Assembly: GCA_013388605.1 (NCBI GenBank)
Contig: JACAEY010000091.1
Span: forward strand, 1-42,774
DNA length: 42,774 nt
Reading direction: 5' to 3'
Source of the DNA: Nitrospirota bacterium
GTDB taxonomy: Bacteria; Nitrospirota; Thermodesulfovibrionia; Thermodesulfovibrionales; SM23-35
The position numbers were made by a program, and so were the translations under genes. Below, piece after piece: positions 12,047 through 21,416 of this stretch; the stretch's first letter is position 1, and every line of letters starts with the position of its first letter. The notes under the pieces are model-generated. The model ran no database searches, had not been told where the DNA came from, and saw only the letters and a program-made list of their open reading frames with translations.

Positions 12047-12517
12047 ATGGATAGGGAGAAGATAGATGAGGTTTTTAAAAAGGTAACAAATGGTGTTTAT
12101 ATAGTCACTACAAAATACGATAATAAAATAAATGGAATGACAGCTGCCTGGGTAACCAGGGTATCTTTTGTGCCCCCATTAGTTCTAATATCTATAGGGA
12201 AGACTCGTTTCAGTCATGACCTTATCAAAAATAGTGGTGTATTTGCAGTAAACATACTGAAAGAAGGACAGATAGAGATTGGAAAACACTTCGGTTTTCA
12301 ATCAGGAAGAAAGGTAGATAAATTTGCTAATATCCCCTATGATACAAAAACTACAGGTTCACCTATTCTCAAGGACCTCGCAGGGTACCTGGATTGTAAG
12401 GTTGTCTCCGCCTTTGAAGCAGGCGACCACACTGTATTTTTAGGAGAAGTTCTTGATGCCTCTTTAGATAAAGGAGCAAAGCCCCTTATTTATCGGAAAG
12501 AGGAATTTTTTGGTTAA
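12047..12517 (+). CDS. Flavin reductase-like (flavoredoxin) protein
   Basis: NGMTAAWVTRVSFVPPL, SGRKVDKF, AGDHTVFLGEV. Confidence 0.92.
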   Translation: MDREKIDEVFKKVTNGVYIVTTKYDNKINGMTAAWVTRVSFVPPLVLISIGKTRFSHDLIKNSGVFAVNILKEGQIEIGKHFGFQSGRKVDKFANIPYDTKTTGSPILKDLAGYLDCKVVSAFEAGDHTVFLGEVLDASLDKGAKPLIYRKEEFFG

Positions 12518-12523
12518 CCTCTC

Positions 12524-13057
12524 TTAGAAACCATTTCCAAGTCCACTTGGCTGATCGGTTAAAAATGGTATTTTAAAAAAATCTGGAGTAAGTCTAATTT
12601 CAATAATAACCTTTTTACCTTTAGTCCTGTAATATATTTCGATAAGGTCATCCCTACCATACACAAAAGGACGGTATAGAGGTCTTATTTCATAACCAAT
12701 GACATTTCCATTTTCATCAATGATTTTACTAAACTGTGAACGCCAGTAAGCATTGTGAAAACTAACAAACTTTTTTGCTTCTTCCAAAGCATCTTTAGCA
12801 GAAATATCTTTTTTTATCCTATAATCAAACTCTGGTGCATATGGTTCAAATTCATAATAGTCTCCTCCAACATCAAGAAAGGCGACAGTTTCAAGGTCAT
12901 TAATATGCCGTCCTCCATACAGGATGAGAGAAAAAGTCCCTTTTGCTTCATTTTCAATTGCCTCTTTAGTTCTTAAAAATTTTGCGGATACCCCCTTTGC
13001 CTCAAATAAAAAAACTATTGAAATCATAATAATTAAAAGATACATACTTTTCTTCAT
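12524..13057 (-). CDS. Hypothetical exported protein
   Basis: SD (GAGGT), signal-peptide-like N-terminus, 177 aa. Confidence 0.7.
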   Translation of the reverse strand: MKKSMYLLIIMISIVFLFEAKGVSAKFLRTKEAIENEAKGTFSLILYGGRHINDLETVAFLDVGGDYYEFEPYAPEFDYRIKKDISAKDALEEAKKFVSFHNAYWRSQFSKIIDENGNVIGYEIRPLYRPFVYGRDDLIEIYYRTKGKKVIIEIRLTPDFFKIPFLTDQPSGLGNGF

Positions 13058-13147
13058 GTAAACTACCTCTCTGATAGGTTTATCATATCTTCTAAAATAT
13101 CATATTTTATTTAATAATGCATCTCATCTATAATTTTTGTTATATAA

Positions 13148-13774
13148 ATGGCTTCATCTGACCTTTATCTAAACAAAATAGATTTTTTAAAATATCTTGA
13201 TAATACTGATTGTACCCAATGTGGTGTTACTTCATGTCAGGAATTCATACTTGCCCTTAAACAAGGCTTCAGAAAACCTCGGGATTGTCCCTTTCTCAAC
13301 GAAAATAAGGTATATGCCTTTGAAGTGGCACTTAATATCTCAAATTCATTACCCGAAGTACCTCTTCTCGTCCATCCGAGACCAAGTACAGTTGGAATTG
13401 TGGAATTAAATGGACCCAACCCTGACTCTTTAGTTCTTATTACCGGCAATAATGAATATACTGAAGAGATTTTGATGGCTGTCCTTGGAACAACAATATG
13501 CCCTTTTTATATTATATTTGTAGATACTGATGGAAACACTGTCGATATGGCAATGGTCTATAAGACTCTGACAGCAGAAAGAATATACAGGTCACTAAAA
13601 AATACAAGTATCAATGAAAAATCAGATAGAAAGGAATTAATTATCCCTGGTTTTGCCTCACCAATAAGAGAGGAGATTGAAATATGGACAGGTTGGAAAG
13701 TTCTAACAGGACCAATTTGCGCTGCTGAACTTCCACTCTTCCTCTCAGAAATATGGTTTCCACATAATGAGTAA
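13148..13774 (+). CDS. FeS-domain + AcsC/CdhE-type corrinoid-binding domain protein
   Basis: CTQCGVTSC...DCPFL cluster motif; VLITGN, VDTDG, LIIPG, GWKVLTGP..AAELPLFL. Confidence 0.8.
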   Translation: MASSDLYLNKIDFLKYLDNTDCTQCGVTSCQEFILALKQGFRKPRDCPFLNENKVYAFEVALNISNSLPEVPLLVHPRPSTVGIVELNGPNPDSLVLITGNNEYTEEILMAVLGTTICPFYIIFVDTDGNTVDMAMVYKTLTAERIYRSLKNTSINEKSDRKELIIPGFASPIREEIEIWTGWKVLTGPICAAELPLFLSEIWFPHNE

Positions 13775-14020
13775 AAATAATAAATGAGGTCTTATTATTT
13801 CTTTAAGATAATTACACACCTACATCCCTTATTTATTAAATCCTCAAGATCCTTGTTATTTAAATTATAATTTGACTAAGTTTCCTTCTGTCATTAAAGT
13901 AATAACGAAATTTACCCCATTAAAATCATATATTGAAGAGGAAATATATTCTCGAGTGCAAGAGAAGCTGCTGGGGTTTTATTTTATCTGGATTGAGCAG
14001 AAGAATTTTTTTATGCATCC

Positions 14021-14455
14021 TTATATCTCAAGTAATGAAAGTCCCGAGTTTGAGTCAAATCTCCTTTGAGCACTTATACCTTCTATCTCTATGATAATAA
14101 CTTCGAGGATAAGAAATGTTTCTGAAATGTCTCTAAGACATCCTACTTTAACAATATCCCTTTTTCCAAAGGCACCATGAAAATGCACCTTAGGAACATC
14201 ACCTTCCCAGAATATCGTCCCTATTCCAAGAACTTCATGACTCTCCTTTAGTTCCCTCAATATAGGTATCGGGGGTATCTCATCTCTTTCTGGACCAACA
14301 ACTATCCTGCCCTCTCTAATTCCTCCAAGGAGAAAGAATATTGCATTCTCTATATCTTCTTTTTTTACAAGCTCGCTTATACTCTTGAGAATCTCTTCCC
14401 TGTCTCCGAATTTAGCAACTACTATCCTTCCTGCTTTGCCTATCTGATATTTCAT
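14021..14455 (-). CDS. PPC/DUF296 domain protein
   Basis: HEVLGIGTI, PKVHFHGAFG, LEVII. Confidence 0.85.
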   Translation of the reverse strand: MKYQIGKAGRIVVAKFGDREEILKSISELVKKEDIENAIFFLLGGIREGRIVVGPERDEIPPIPILRELKESHEVLGIGTIFWEGDVPKVHFHGAFGKRDIVKVGCLRDISETFLILEVIIIEIEGISAQRRFDSNSGLSLLEI

Positions 14456-15243
14456 AATTCCTCCATAAATCTCTTTTTAACATATTTATTTAAAACTGAA
14501 GACATCTTTTTTATATTTTCATCCTGTGGTAAGTAAGAGATTATTCTGTCTATGTATTCACGTTCTGAAAGCAACCTATAAGAAGTTTTAAAATTTAGGT
14601 CATATACCCATGACAGATGCATGATCTTGAAATCATTCATGCTTTTTAATTTAGACTGGGGAACAACCTGCCCTTTATAAATATAAGAAAGTATATCTAC
14701 TGAATAATCTGATCTCTCAGGAAGTCCCAGACCTGCTGCAGATGCCCTTTCCTCTTCAGAAGAATTATAATAGTCAATAAAAACCCTCCAGATATCAAGT
14801 TTATCCGCATCACGTATCAATTCAATAAAGAATTCCATCCGTTCTTTCTCTTTTGGGGGAATTGAAAAGACATTATGGAATCTAACTGCCTTAATAATAA
14901 TTTTCTTTTCATCTTCTGTAAGATTTTTGAGAATGTTTTCTTTAATTATGGTTTGAGCTCCAAGGTAACCATGATTGACGGAGAATTGATCCTTAAAGGT
15001 TTTATATTTTGCATACTGTGGGAATCTCCCTATATCATGAAAAAGGGCAATCGTTTCAGCTAATATAATTTCTTCATCGGTGAGTCCAAGATCTTTTGAT
15101 ATCTCAACTATATTTTCGCATACCTTAAAGGTATGTACTTCCTTAAGATAAATATTCCTTTGGTCATCAGGGTTTGTTGAATAGTAGGACCTTACAAAAT
15201 TGACAAACCAATTTTTTAAAAAATCTAAATCAAATTTGGTCAT
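14452..15243 (-). CDS. HD-domain phosphohydrolase
   Basis: KEVHT, ALFHDIGRFPQY, NHG, IRDADKLDI. Confidence 0.9.
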   Translation of the reverse strand: MTKFDLDFLKNWFVNFVRSYYSTNPDDQRNIYLKEVHTFKVCENIVEISKDLGLTDEEIILAETIALFHDIGRFPQYAKYKTFKDQFSVNHGYLGAQTIIKENILKNLTEDEKKIIIKAVRFHNVFSIPPKEKERMEFFIELIRDADKLDIWRVFIDYYNSSEEERASAAGLGLPERSDYSVDILSYIYKGQVVPQSKLKSMNDFKIMHLSWVYDLNFKTSYRLLSEREYIDRIISYLPQDENIKKMSSVLNKYVKKRFMEEL

Positions 15244-15274
15244 ATAATGTTAATTTGTATTTACTCATAATAGT

Positions 15275-15293
15275 CAAGATATTCTGAAATATG
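15275..15293 (-). repeat. Isolated terminal fragment of the MITE-like element (copy D)
   Basis: CAAGATATTCTGAAATATG is the exact reverse complement of 31814-31832. Confidence 0.65.
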
Positions 15294-15315
15294 AGTGGTA
15301 ATTTTGTCACAAAAA

Positions 15316-16131
15316 TTAAAGCAGCCCGTCAGGTAGTTTGGTTATTTCTTTATAGGCAAAAACAGGACCATCTTTGCATACAAACTTACTGCCATGTTGA
15401 CAATGACCACACTGGGCTATCCCACATTTCATCCTTCTCTCCAGGGAAACATATACTCTTGATGGGAGAAATCCTCTAAAAAAAAGACCCTTTGATACAA
15501 ATAGCATCATTATTTCAGGACCACATATAAAAGCATAGGCATTTAAAGGATTTACAGTAGATTTATCTATAAATTTTGTAACCATTCCAACATCATAATT
15601 CCATTTCATATTAAGGGGAATTTCATCAACGGTCAGAAATACCTCGATATCTTTTCTCCATGTCTCAATTTCATCCATGAAAATAATATTATCAGGTGAC
15701 CTTGAACCATAAATAACTGTTACTTTTCCAAAGAAATTCCTCATTTTAACTATCTCATGTATTACTGGTCTTAAGGGGGCAAGTCCAACCCCTCCTGCAA
15801 CTATAAGGACATCGTTACCACTTTGCATATCTAATGGCCAATGAGTACCATATGGTCCACGAAAATGTATCTCATCACCTATCTTAAATCTTTCCAGAAA
15901 CTTTGTTACCCTTCCAACTCCCTTGATTGTATGCTGGAAAATGCCATCAGTTACAGAAGAACTGAGAGATATTGGTGCTTCTCCAACACCTGGATAACCA
16001 ACCATGTTGAACTGACCGGGCTTGGCTGTGTATGCAGCGTCCTTTGAAAGGAGTGTGTAAGTTTTCGTATCTGCCGTTTCTATTTTTATATCTATAATTT
16101 GTGCTTTAAAAGGGAAAAGTGGTGTTTTCAA
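15316..16131 (-). CDS. FAD/NAD(P)-binding 2Fe-2S oxidoreductase (AsrB / sulfhydrogenase gamma-like)
   Basis: PGQFNM, GEAPIS, RGPYG, VAGGVGLAPLR, CGPEIMM, SLERRMKCGIAQCGHC..CKDGPVF; likely TTG start at 16131 overlapping the upstream stop. Confidence 0.9.
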   Translation of the reverse strand: MKTPLFPFKAQIIDIKIETADTKTYTLLSKDAAYTAKPGQFNMVGYPGVGEAPISLSSSVTDGIFQHTIKGVGRVTKFLERFKIGDEIHFRGPYGTHWPLDMQSGNDVLIVAGGVGLAPLRPVIHEIVKMRNFFGKVTVIYGSRSPDNIIFMDEIETWRKDIEVFLTVDEIPLNMKWNYDVGMVTKFIDKSTVNPLNAYAFICGPEIMMLFVSKGLFFRGFLPSRVYVSLERRMKCGIAQCGHCQHGSKFVCKDGPVFAYKEITKLPDGLL

Positions 16132-17198
16132 TGTAGAGGGTTCCTTTGAATCTCTTTTACCATCTCTGTTAGATCTATCTTTGTAGGACACCATGTTATA
16201 CACCTGCCACATCCAACAGTCTTAATCAGACCATACTGAGATGTATAATTTAAATTATGTATTACAAACTGTCTCAGACGTGATGCCCTTCTCTGCCTGT
16301 AATTTCCTCCATGTACTTCAGCGAACTTAAAATCCTGGCAAGCATCTAACTGTCTGAACCTTCTTATTTCTTTCAGATTGATACTCATTTCATCAACAAT
16401 GTCATAACAGAAACATGTGGGACAGACCATAACACAATTGGAACAAGAAAGGCATTTTTCGTCAGCAGTTAAAATCCATACTGGATGATTAAGGTTTTTA
16501 AAGAAGAGTTCATCAAGACCATTTATATCAATAGATTTTCTAAAACTCTTCAGGAGTGCTTCTTCTTTATCAGACTTAAGTTTAAATATATCAGGATATG
16601 CTTCTTTTCCCTTTATATTAAAAATCTGAGATGCTTTTAAACTTTTAAGCTCTACGAGATATTCATCACCAAGATCAGTTAAAACTATGTCATACCCTGA
16701 CTGAACCTTAAGATAGGGACCTGTGCCAACAGACGAGCAGAAACAATTCTCTAATACCTTTGTGCAATTAAGTGCAATCAGAAGAGTATTTTCCCTTCTT
16801 ATCTTATAGTAAGGGTCTATAAAGTCACCGAGAAAAACCCTGTCAAGATAGAGTATTGAATGTATATCACAGGGATGGATACCAACAATTATCTGTTTTT
16901 CAACTCCATATCTGATCTCCTCTATAGAGATACCTGATTCTATCCTGAATCTTAAAACATCCTCTTTTGGTTTGTAAATAAACATCTTTCCAGGAGACAA
17001 CATCGTTGTAGAATAATCCATGTAGAGATCTGAAGCAGAAGATATTTCTCTGAAGGCATAATGATTCTTTTCTTTTACAGGTCCAAAAACCCTGTATTCA
17101 CGCCTCAGGGTATCTATAAATTCGAAGAAAATATCTTTTTTGATTAAAAAATCAGAATTTTGGAAAGTGTTTTCCCCAGTCATACCACTTCCAGACAT
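16128..17198 (-). CDS. 4Fe-4S dicluster protein (AsrA / sulfhydrogenase beta-like)
   Basis: GIHPCD, NC..CFC, CLSCSNCVMVCPTCFC, VGCGRCITWCP; start 17198 or 17183. Confidence 0.9.
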   Translation of the reverse strand: MSGSGMTGENTFQNSDFLIKKDIFFEFIDTLRREYRVFGPVKEKNHYAFREISSASDLYMDYSTTMLSPGKMFIYKPKEDVLRFRIESGISIEEIRYGVEKQIIVGIHPCDIHSILYLDRVFLGDFIDPYYKIRRENTLLIALNCTKVLENCFCSSVGTGPYLKVQSGYDIVLTDLGDEYLVELKSLKASQIFNIKGKEAYPDIFKLKSDKEEALLKSFRKSIDINGLDELFFKNLNHPVWILTADEKCLSCSNCVMVCPTCFCYDIVDEMSINLKEIRRFRQLDACQDFKFAEVHGGNYRQRRASRLRQFVIHNLNYTSQYGLIKTVGCGRCITWCPTKIDLTEMVKEIQRNPLH

Positions 17199-18213
17199 CT
17201 TTTGTTAACTCTTCATATTCCTGCTTGATATGTTCAAAAAGGCGTGCATTTTCTATTGCTACAGCTCCATTGCTTGCAAGTGCAGAAGTGAAATCTATCT
17301 CCATTGAAGTGAAAGAATAGGGATTGGAAGCATAAACCCTGAGAACACCTATCACTGTTCCTCTGATACTTAACGGCACTGAAAGTATTGCCATAATACC
17401 TTCTCTGGTAATTTCCTCAGGATACTGAAGTCTTCCATCCTTAGAGACGTCTGAAACAATCACAGGCTTTCCTTCCATGCATTCTTTGTCTATGGAACTT
17501 TTCTCTACTTCGACAGGACCTTTCTTTAAATATGCCTCGCTCAGACCATAAGTGGCTTTAACATCAAGATATTTTCGTTCAGTATCAAGGAGCCGTATAG
17601 ACGCAGCTTTAAAACCAAAAGACTTTGCTGCATTCTCAACAATTCCTGAGAGTACCTCATTTAGAGAAAGTGTGGAGCTTATAGAACGTGACACTTCTAT
17701 AAGTGTCTGCATGTGCTTCCATATCTGAGCCCTATCGACCATTATGCCACCAAGAGAAGCAAGAACCCGCAGTCTCTGAATCTCATTCTCTGTAAACTCG
17801 CGAATTTCCGAAGTATAAATCCTTATAACCCCAATAGATTTTTCCCTCACAGTAAGGGGGCAGCTCATAACAGACTTTATCCCTTCTTTTTTTGCTTCAT
17901 CAAGATAAAGAACATGGGGTTCTTTCATAATATCCTTTGTGCTGATACATTCTCCTGATATTACCTTCTTATCAATTGGGTGTTCCTCTAAAGGTACAGG
18001 TCCTTTCTCAAGATATGTTTTAGGCATCCCATAAGCAGCAACTATTTGAAGAGTTCTCGTCTTCTCATCGAAAAGTCTTATTGTGCAACCTTTTACTCCC
18101 ATCTGTTCTGTTACATTTTTTGCAAGAATATTGAGAGTTTTTTCAAGTTCATAAGAAGAAACAAGTTCTTCCATAAGCATACATATATCCAATAGTGGTT
18201 CCCCTTTTTTCAT
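17152..18213 (-). CDS. Tandem GAF-domain protein without output domain
   Basis: Two similar repeats (AAYGMPKTYLEKGPV / ATYGLSEAYLKKGPV; IGVIRIY / IGVLRVY), AIENARLF. Confidence 0.88.
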   Translation of the reverse strand: MKKGEPLLDICMLMEELVSSYELEKTLNILAKNVTEQMGVKGCTIRLFDEKTRTLQIVAAYGMPKTYLEKGPVPLEEHPIDKKVISGECISTKDIMKEPHVLYLDEAKKEGIKSVMSCPLTVREKSIGVIRIYTSEIREFTENEIQRLRVLASLGGIMVDRAQIWKHMQTLIEVSRSISSTLSLNEVLSGIVENAAKSFGFKAASIRLLDTERKYLDVKATYGLSEAYLKKGPVEVEKSSIDKECMEGKPVIVSDVSKDGRLQYPEEITREGIMAILSVPLSIRGTVIGVLRVYASNPYSFTSMEIDFTSALASNGAVAIENARLFEHIKQEYEELTKDVWKWYDWGKHFPKF

Positions 18214-18283
18214 GTCTAAAAATTATCAGAGTGTAATAGTGATTGTCAAATTTCCTTTATATTAACTTTCATCATTCTAAGGA

Positions 18284-19516
18284 TTATGTGTCTTTTGATT
18301 CATGAAATCTCAAAAAGATTCTTTGAATATATGCAACTGAAAATAGGAGAGAGGCAATAATGCATATAATTGATGAGAGTGAAACTGCCTTCGTTACGCC
18401 AAATGTGTCTGCCAGGATGCCGATTAGATAATTCCCAATTGGAGCAAAACCAAGGAAAACAAACGCATATACACTTACGACTCTTCCCCTTAATTCATCT
18501 GTGACAGAAAGCTGGACAAAGCTGTTTGCTGTTGCAAAAAAACTTACACTACCCCATCCTATAAATAAAAGTGCAATAATTGAAAGATAAAAGGACTTGG
18601 ATATAGAGAAAATTAAAAGGAATAATGAAAAACAAATGCCTGATATAGACATTAATTGTAATTTGTTTTCGACATTACCTCTATAAGATAGGAACAATCC
18701 TGCCAGAAAAGCTCCCCCGCCTGTTGCACCAACAAGAAAACCAAATCCCTGTGGGCCCGCCTTTAGTACTTCAACAGCAAAGACAGGGAGAAGTGCAACA
18801 TAAGGAAGACCAACAAGACTGAATACTGCAATCAAAAGTATTATCCTGTAAATGTCACTTTTACTAATAACAAATTTTATACCTTCAATTAGATCCTTTA
18901 TAAACCCCTTTGTTTTCTCTCTTACATTACTCTTTACCTTTATCTTACTCAGGGCAAATAATATTGCAGTAAAACTCATTGCATTCAGGTAGAAGCATGC
19001 TGGGAGACCGAGATAGGCAATCGCAATTCCTGCTATTACAGGTCCGATTAAACGAGCTCCATGAAAGACAGTAGAATTTAAGGCTATTGCATTCATGAGA
19101 TTTTTTTCACCTACGAGCTCAATAATGAACGATTGTCTTGCAGGTATATCAAATGCATTAACTGTCCCTAAAAAAGTTGCAAAAAAAGCAACATGCCAGA
19201 CCTTAATCAGATTCATATCTGTCAATATACCAAGAAAAAAGGCTGGAATAATTGATAATGACTGTGTTAACAACAAAAGGTTTCTTTTAATGATTCTATC
19301 AGCAACAATACCACCAAAAAGAGAAAACAAAAGTATTGGCAATGATCCGAATGCAGCAATAAGACCGAGATAGAAAGGAGATTTTGTAAGGCTATATACT
19401 AGCCATCCCTGTGCAACAGATTGCATCCATGTCCCGGAGAGGGAAATTATTTGACCAAAAAAGAAAAGCCTGTATTCTCGTGACCTTAAGGCTGGAAATT
19501 TACCTGAATCTGCCAT
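18284..19516 (-). CDS. MFS transporter
   Basis: GQIISLSGTWMQ, GGIVADR, AFDIPARQS, DELRGRV; about 12 hydrophobic segments. Confidence 0.93.
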   Translation of the reverse strand: MADSGKFPALRSREYRLFFFGQIISLSGTWMQSVAQGWLVYSLTKSPFYLGLIAAFGSLPILLFSLFGGIVADRIIKRNLLLLTQSLSIIPAFFLGILTDMNLIKVWHVAFFATFLGTVNAFDIPARQSFIIELVGEKNLMNAIALNSTVFHGARLIGPVIAGIAIAYLGLPACFYLNAMSFTAILFALSKIKVKSNVREKTKGFIKDLIEGIKFVISKSDIYRIILLIAVFSLVGLPYVALLPVFAVEVLKAGPQGFGFLVGATGGGAFLAGLFLSYRGNVENKLQLMSISGICFSLFLLIFSISKSFYLSIIALLFIGWGSVSFFATANSFVQLSVTDELRGRVVSVYAFVFLGFAPIGNYLIGILADTFGVTKAVSLSSIICIIASLLFSVAYIQRIFLRFHESKDT

Positions 19517-19577
19517 GGTCTTTATATGTTATTCTATCATTAGTTTTTATGTTAAATTTATATATGACTCACACTTA

Positions 19578-19677
19578 TCCAAAATAATAAAGGCAATTTG
19601 GAAGGATGTGGATTAATTTTATAAGTTGTCGTCATTGTGTTTCTTCGGCATCCATCCATATTTCAGAGTATTTTGGA
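19578..19677 (+). mobile_element. MITE-like element, copy B (internally deleted, both ends kept)
   Basis: TCCAAAATA...TATTTTGGA 9-bp TIR; left 30 bp match 31633-31662 at 22/30; remainder matches 31762-31834. Confidence 0.7.
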
Positions 19678-19688
19678 CTGCAATAATT

Positions 19689-20141
19689 ATGACAAAAAAA
19701 ATAATAGCAGTTATTGGAGCTGGCATAGCAGATAAAACAACGTTTAAAATTGCTGAAGATGCAGGAAGACTTATTGCCAAAAAGGGAGCTCTTTTAATCT
19801 GTGGGGGTCTTGGTGGTGTTATGGAAGGTGCTTCAAAGGGTGCTCACATGGAAGGAGGAATTACTATAGGGATATTACCTCACAATCATGTAAAAGATGC
19901 GAACCCCTTTATCGATATCCCTATTGCTACAGGCTTAGGAGAAGGAAGAAATGTGGTTATAGCCAGGTCTGCAGATGCCATTATTGCGATCGGTGGAGAA
20001 TATGGAACACTTTCTGAAATAGCCTTTGGTCTGAAAATGAAAAAACCAGTAATAGGAATAGATACATGGGATATAAAAGGTATTATAAAGGCAGAAAGTG
20101 CTGAAGATGCAGTAAAAAAAGCCTTTGAAATTATTTCATAG
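19689..20141 (+). CDS. TIGR00725 family (LOG-like Rossmann fold) protein
   Basis: IAVIG, CGGLGGVME, ATGLGEGRN, GGEYGTLSEI; ATG 19689. Confidence 0.92.
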   Translation: MTKKIIAVIGAGIADKTTFKIAEDAGRLIAKKGALLICGGLGGVMEGASKGAHMEGGITIGILPHNHVKDANPFIDIPIATGLGEGRNVVIARSADAIIAIGGEYGTLSEIAFGLKMKKPVIGIDTWDIKGIIKAESAEDAVKKAFEIIS

Positions 20142-20160
20142 GTTTAGGGTATTAATTTTT

Positions 20161-20655
20161 ATGAAGTCTTTTGTTTCCTTATTAATATTATTGACAATCA
20201 TTACCCTTTTTGGTTGTGCACATATTGTTTCTGATGAGCTAAGACAAAAAGCTTATGGAGAACCACCAGCGTATGCATTATTCAAAGACCCTGATTCATA
20301 TAAAGGAAGGATTGTCATTCTTGGAGGAGTAATTATAAGCTCAACTAACACAAAGGAAGGGACTTATATTGAAGTACTTCAGAAACCCCTTGACTATCGT
20401 GGAAGACCTGAAGATACAGATATCTCCTTTGGGAGATTCATAGTCTTATATGAAGGTTATCTCGACACCGCTGTCTATTCACAAGGACGTGAAATAACAG
20501 TAGCTGGTGAGGTTATAGGTAAAACATTTCGACCACTCAATGAGATCCAATATCCATACCTGCTTATAAAAAGCAAAGAAATTCATCTTCTGGAAGCACG
20601 CTACAATTTACCTTTACACTTTGGGATAGGTATAGGTGTATGGCATGCCTTCTGA
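20161..20655 (+). CDS. Slp family outer-membrane lipoprotein
   Basis: Lipobox LFGC; GGVII, IEVLQKPLD.RGRP, GYLDTAVY..GREITVAG. Confidence 0.88.
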   Translation: MKSFVSLLILLTIITLFGCAHIVSDELRQKAYGEPPAYALFKDPDSYKGRIVILGGVIISSTNTKEGTYIEVLQKPLDYRGRPEDTDISFGRFIVLYEGYLDTAVYSQGREITVAGEVIGKTFRPLNEIQYPYLLIKSKEIHLLEARYNLPLHFGIGIGVWHAF

Positions 20656-20713
20656 TTATTTTTCAACTATCTAACCTTGACCTATGCCTATTTAACCCTA
20701 CTATCCTTATTAT

Positions 20714-20738
20714 TGTAATCTCAGGCTTTAGCCTGCGT
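20714..20738. repeat. REP-like short hairpin CAGGCT-TT-AGCCTG
   Basis: 6-bp stem preceded by GTAA, intergenic; single copy in window. Confidence 0.35.
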
Positions 20739-20776
20739 AAGACTAATATAATCTCATGGTCATTAGATTTCCCTTC

Positions 20777-20813
20777 TTGACAAAGCATATATATTTAGTG
20801 TACATATGTATAT
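20777..20813 (+). promoter_or_regulatory. lexA promoter with candidate LexA operator
   Basis: TTGACA 20777-20782; GTAC-ATAT-GTAT 20800-20811 containing palindrome TACATATGTA; no SD before ATG 20814. Confidence 0.55.
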
Positions 20814-21413
20814 ATGAAAGAGCTGACCCGGAAACAAAGAAAGGTCCTGGAATTCCTTACATCATATACCAAGAAATATGGTTATCCTCCTACCATAAGA
20901 GAAATAGGTAAACATTTTGGTTTTTTCTGGACTGCTGCAAGGGGATTTCTTAAATCCCTTGAAAAGAAAGGTTTTATAAAAGTAAATCCTACAAAATCAA
21001 GGGGAATAGAAATTATTGGCTTAAAACCAGCAGAAGCCATAAAAGCCCCTCTTTTAGGAAAAATAAGAGCAGGAAAACCGATTGTAGCAATAGAGGAGAT
21101 CGAGGCACATATATTTATTGACAAATCACTATTCCCTGTAGAAAACGCCTTTGCTTTAAAGGTAACAGGGGATAGTATGATAGAGGCCGGAATAATTGAA
21201 GGAGACTTTGTAGTAGTAAAGCCGCAGAAGGTCATTGAAAACGGAGAGATAGGGGTTGTGCTCATTGGAGATGAAGCAACAGTAAAAAGGATCTTCAAGG
21301 AGAGGGAAAAGATCATACTCAAACCTGAAAACAAAATTATGAAAGCTGAAACCTATAATCCTGATGAAGTAACTATTATCGGAAAGGTAGTAGGTGTCAT
21401 AAGAAAAATATAA
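20814..21413 (+). CDS. lexA: SOS repressor LexA
   Basis: LTRKQ..GYPPTIREIG wHTH, Ala-Gly cleavage site (IRAGKP), GDSM Ser, ATVKR Lys. Confidence 0.96.
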   Translation: MKELTRKQRKVLEFLTSYTKKYGYPPTIREIGKHFGFFWTAARGFLKSLEKKGFIKVNPTKSRGIEIIGLKPAEAIKAPLLGKIRAGKPIVAIEEIEAHIFIDKSLFPVENAFALKVTGDSMIEAGIIEGDFVVVKPQKVIENGEIGVVLIGDEATVKRIFKEREKIILKPENKIMKAETYNPDEVTIIGKVVGVIRKI

Positions 21414-21416
21414 TAA

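Noticed and set aside
13148-13774. hgcA (mercury methylation)
   Set aside because: Lacks the NVWCAAGK cap-helix Cys, the C-terminal TM helices and an adjacent hgcB
13872-14069. 65-aa TTG ORF
   Set aside because: No SD or motif; overlaps the DUF296 gene antisense
15316-17198. Complete anaerobic sulfite reductase or sulfhydrogenase
   Set aside because: The catalytic subunits (AsrC or NiFe large/small) are absent from the window
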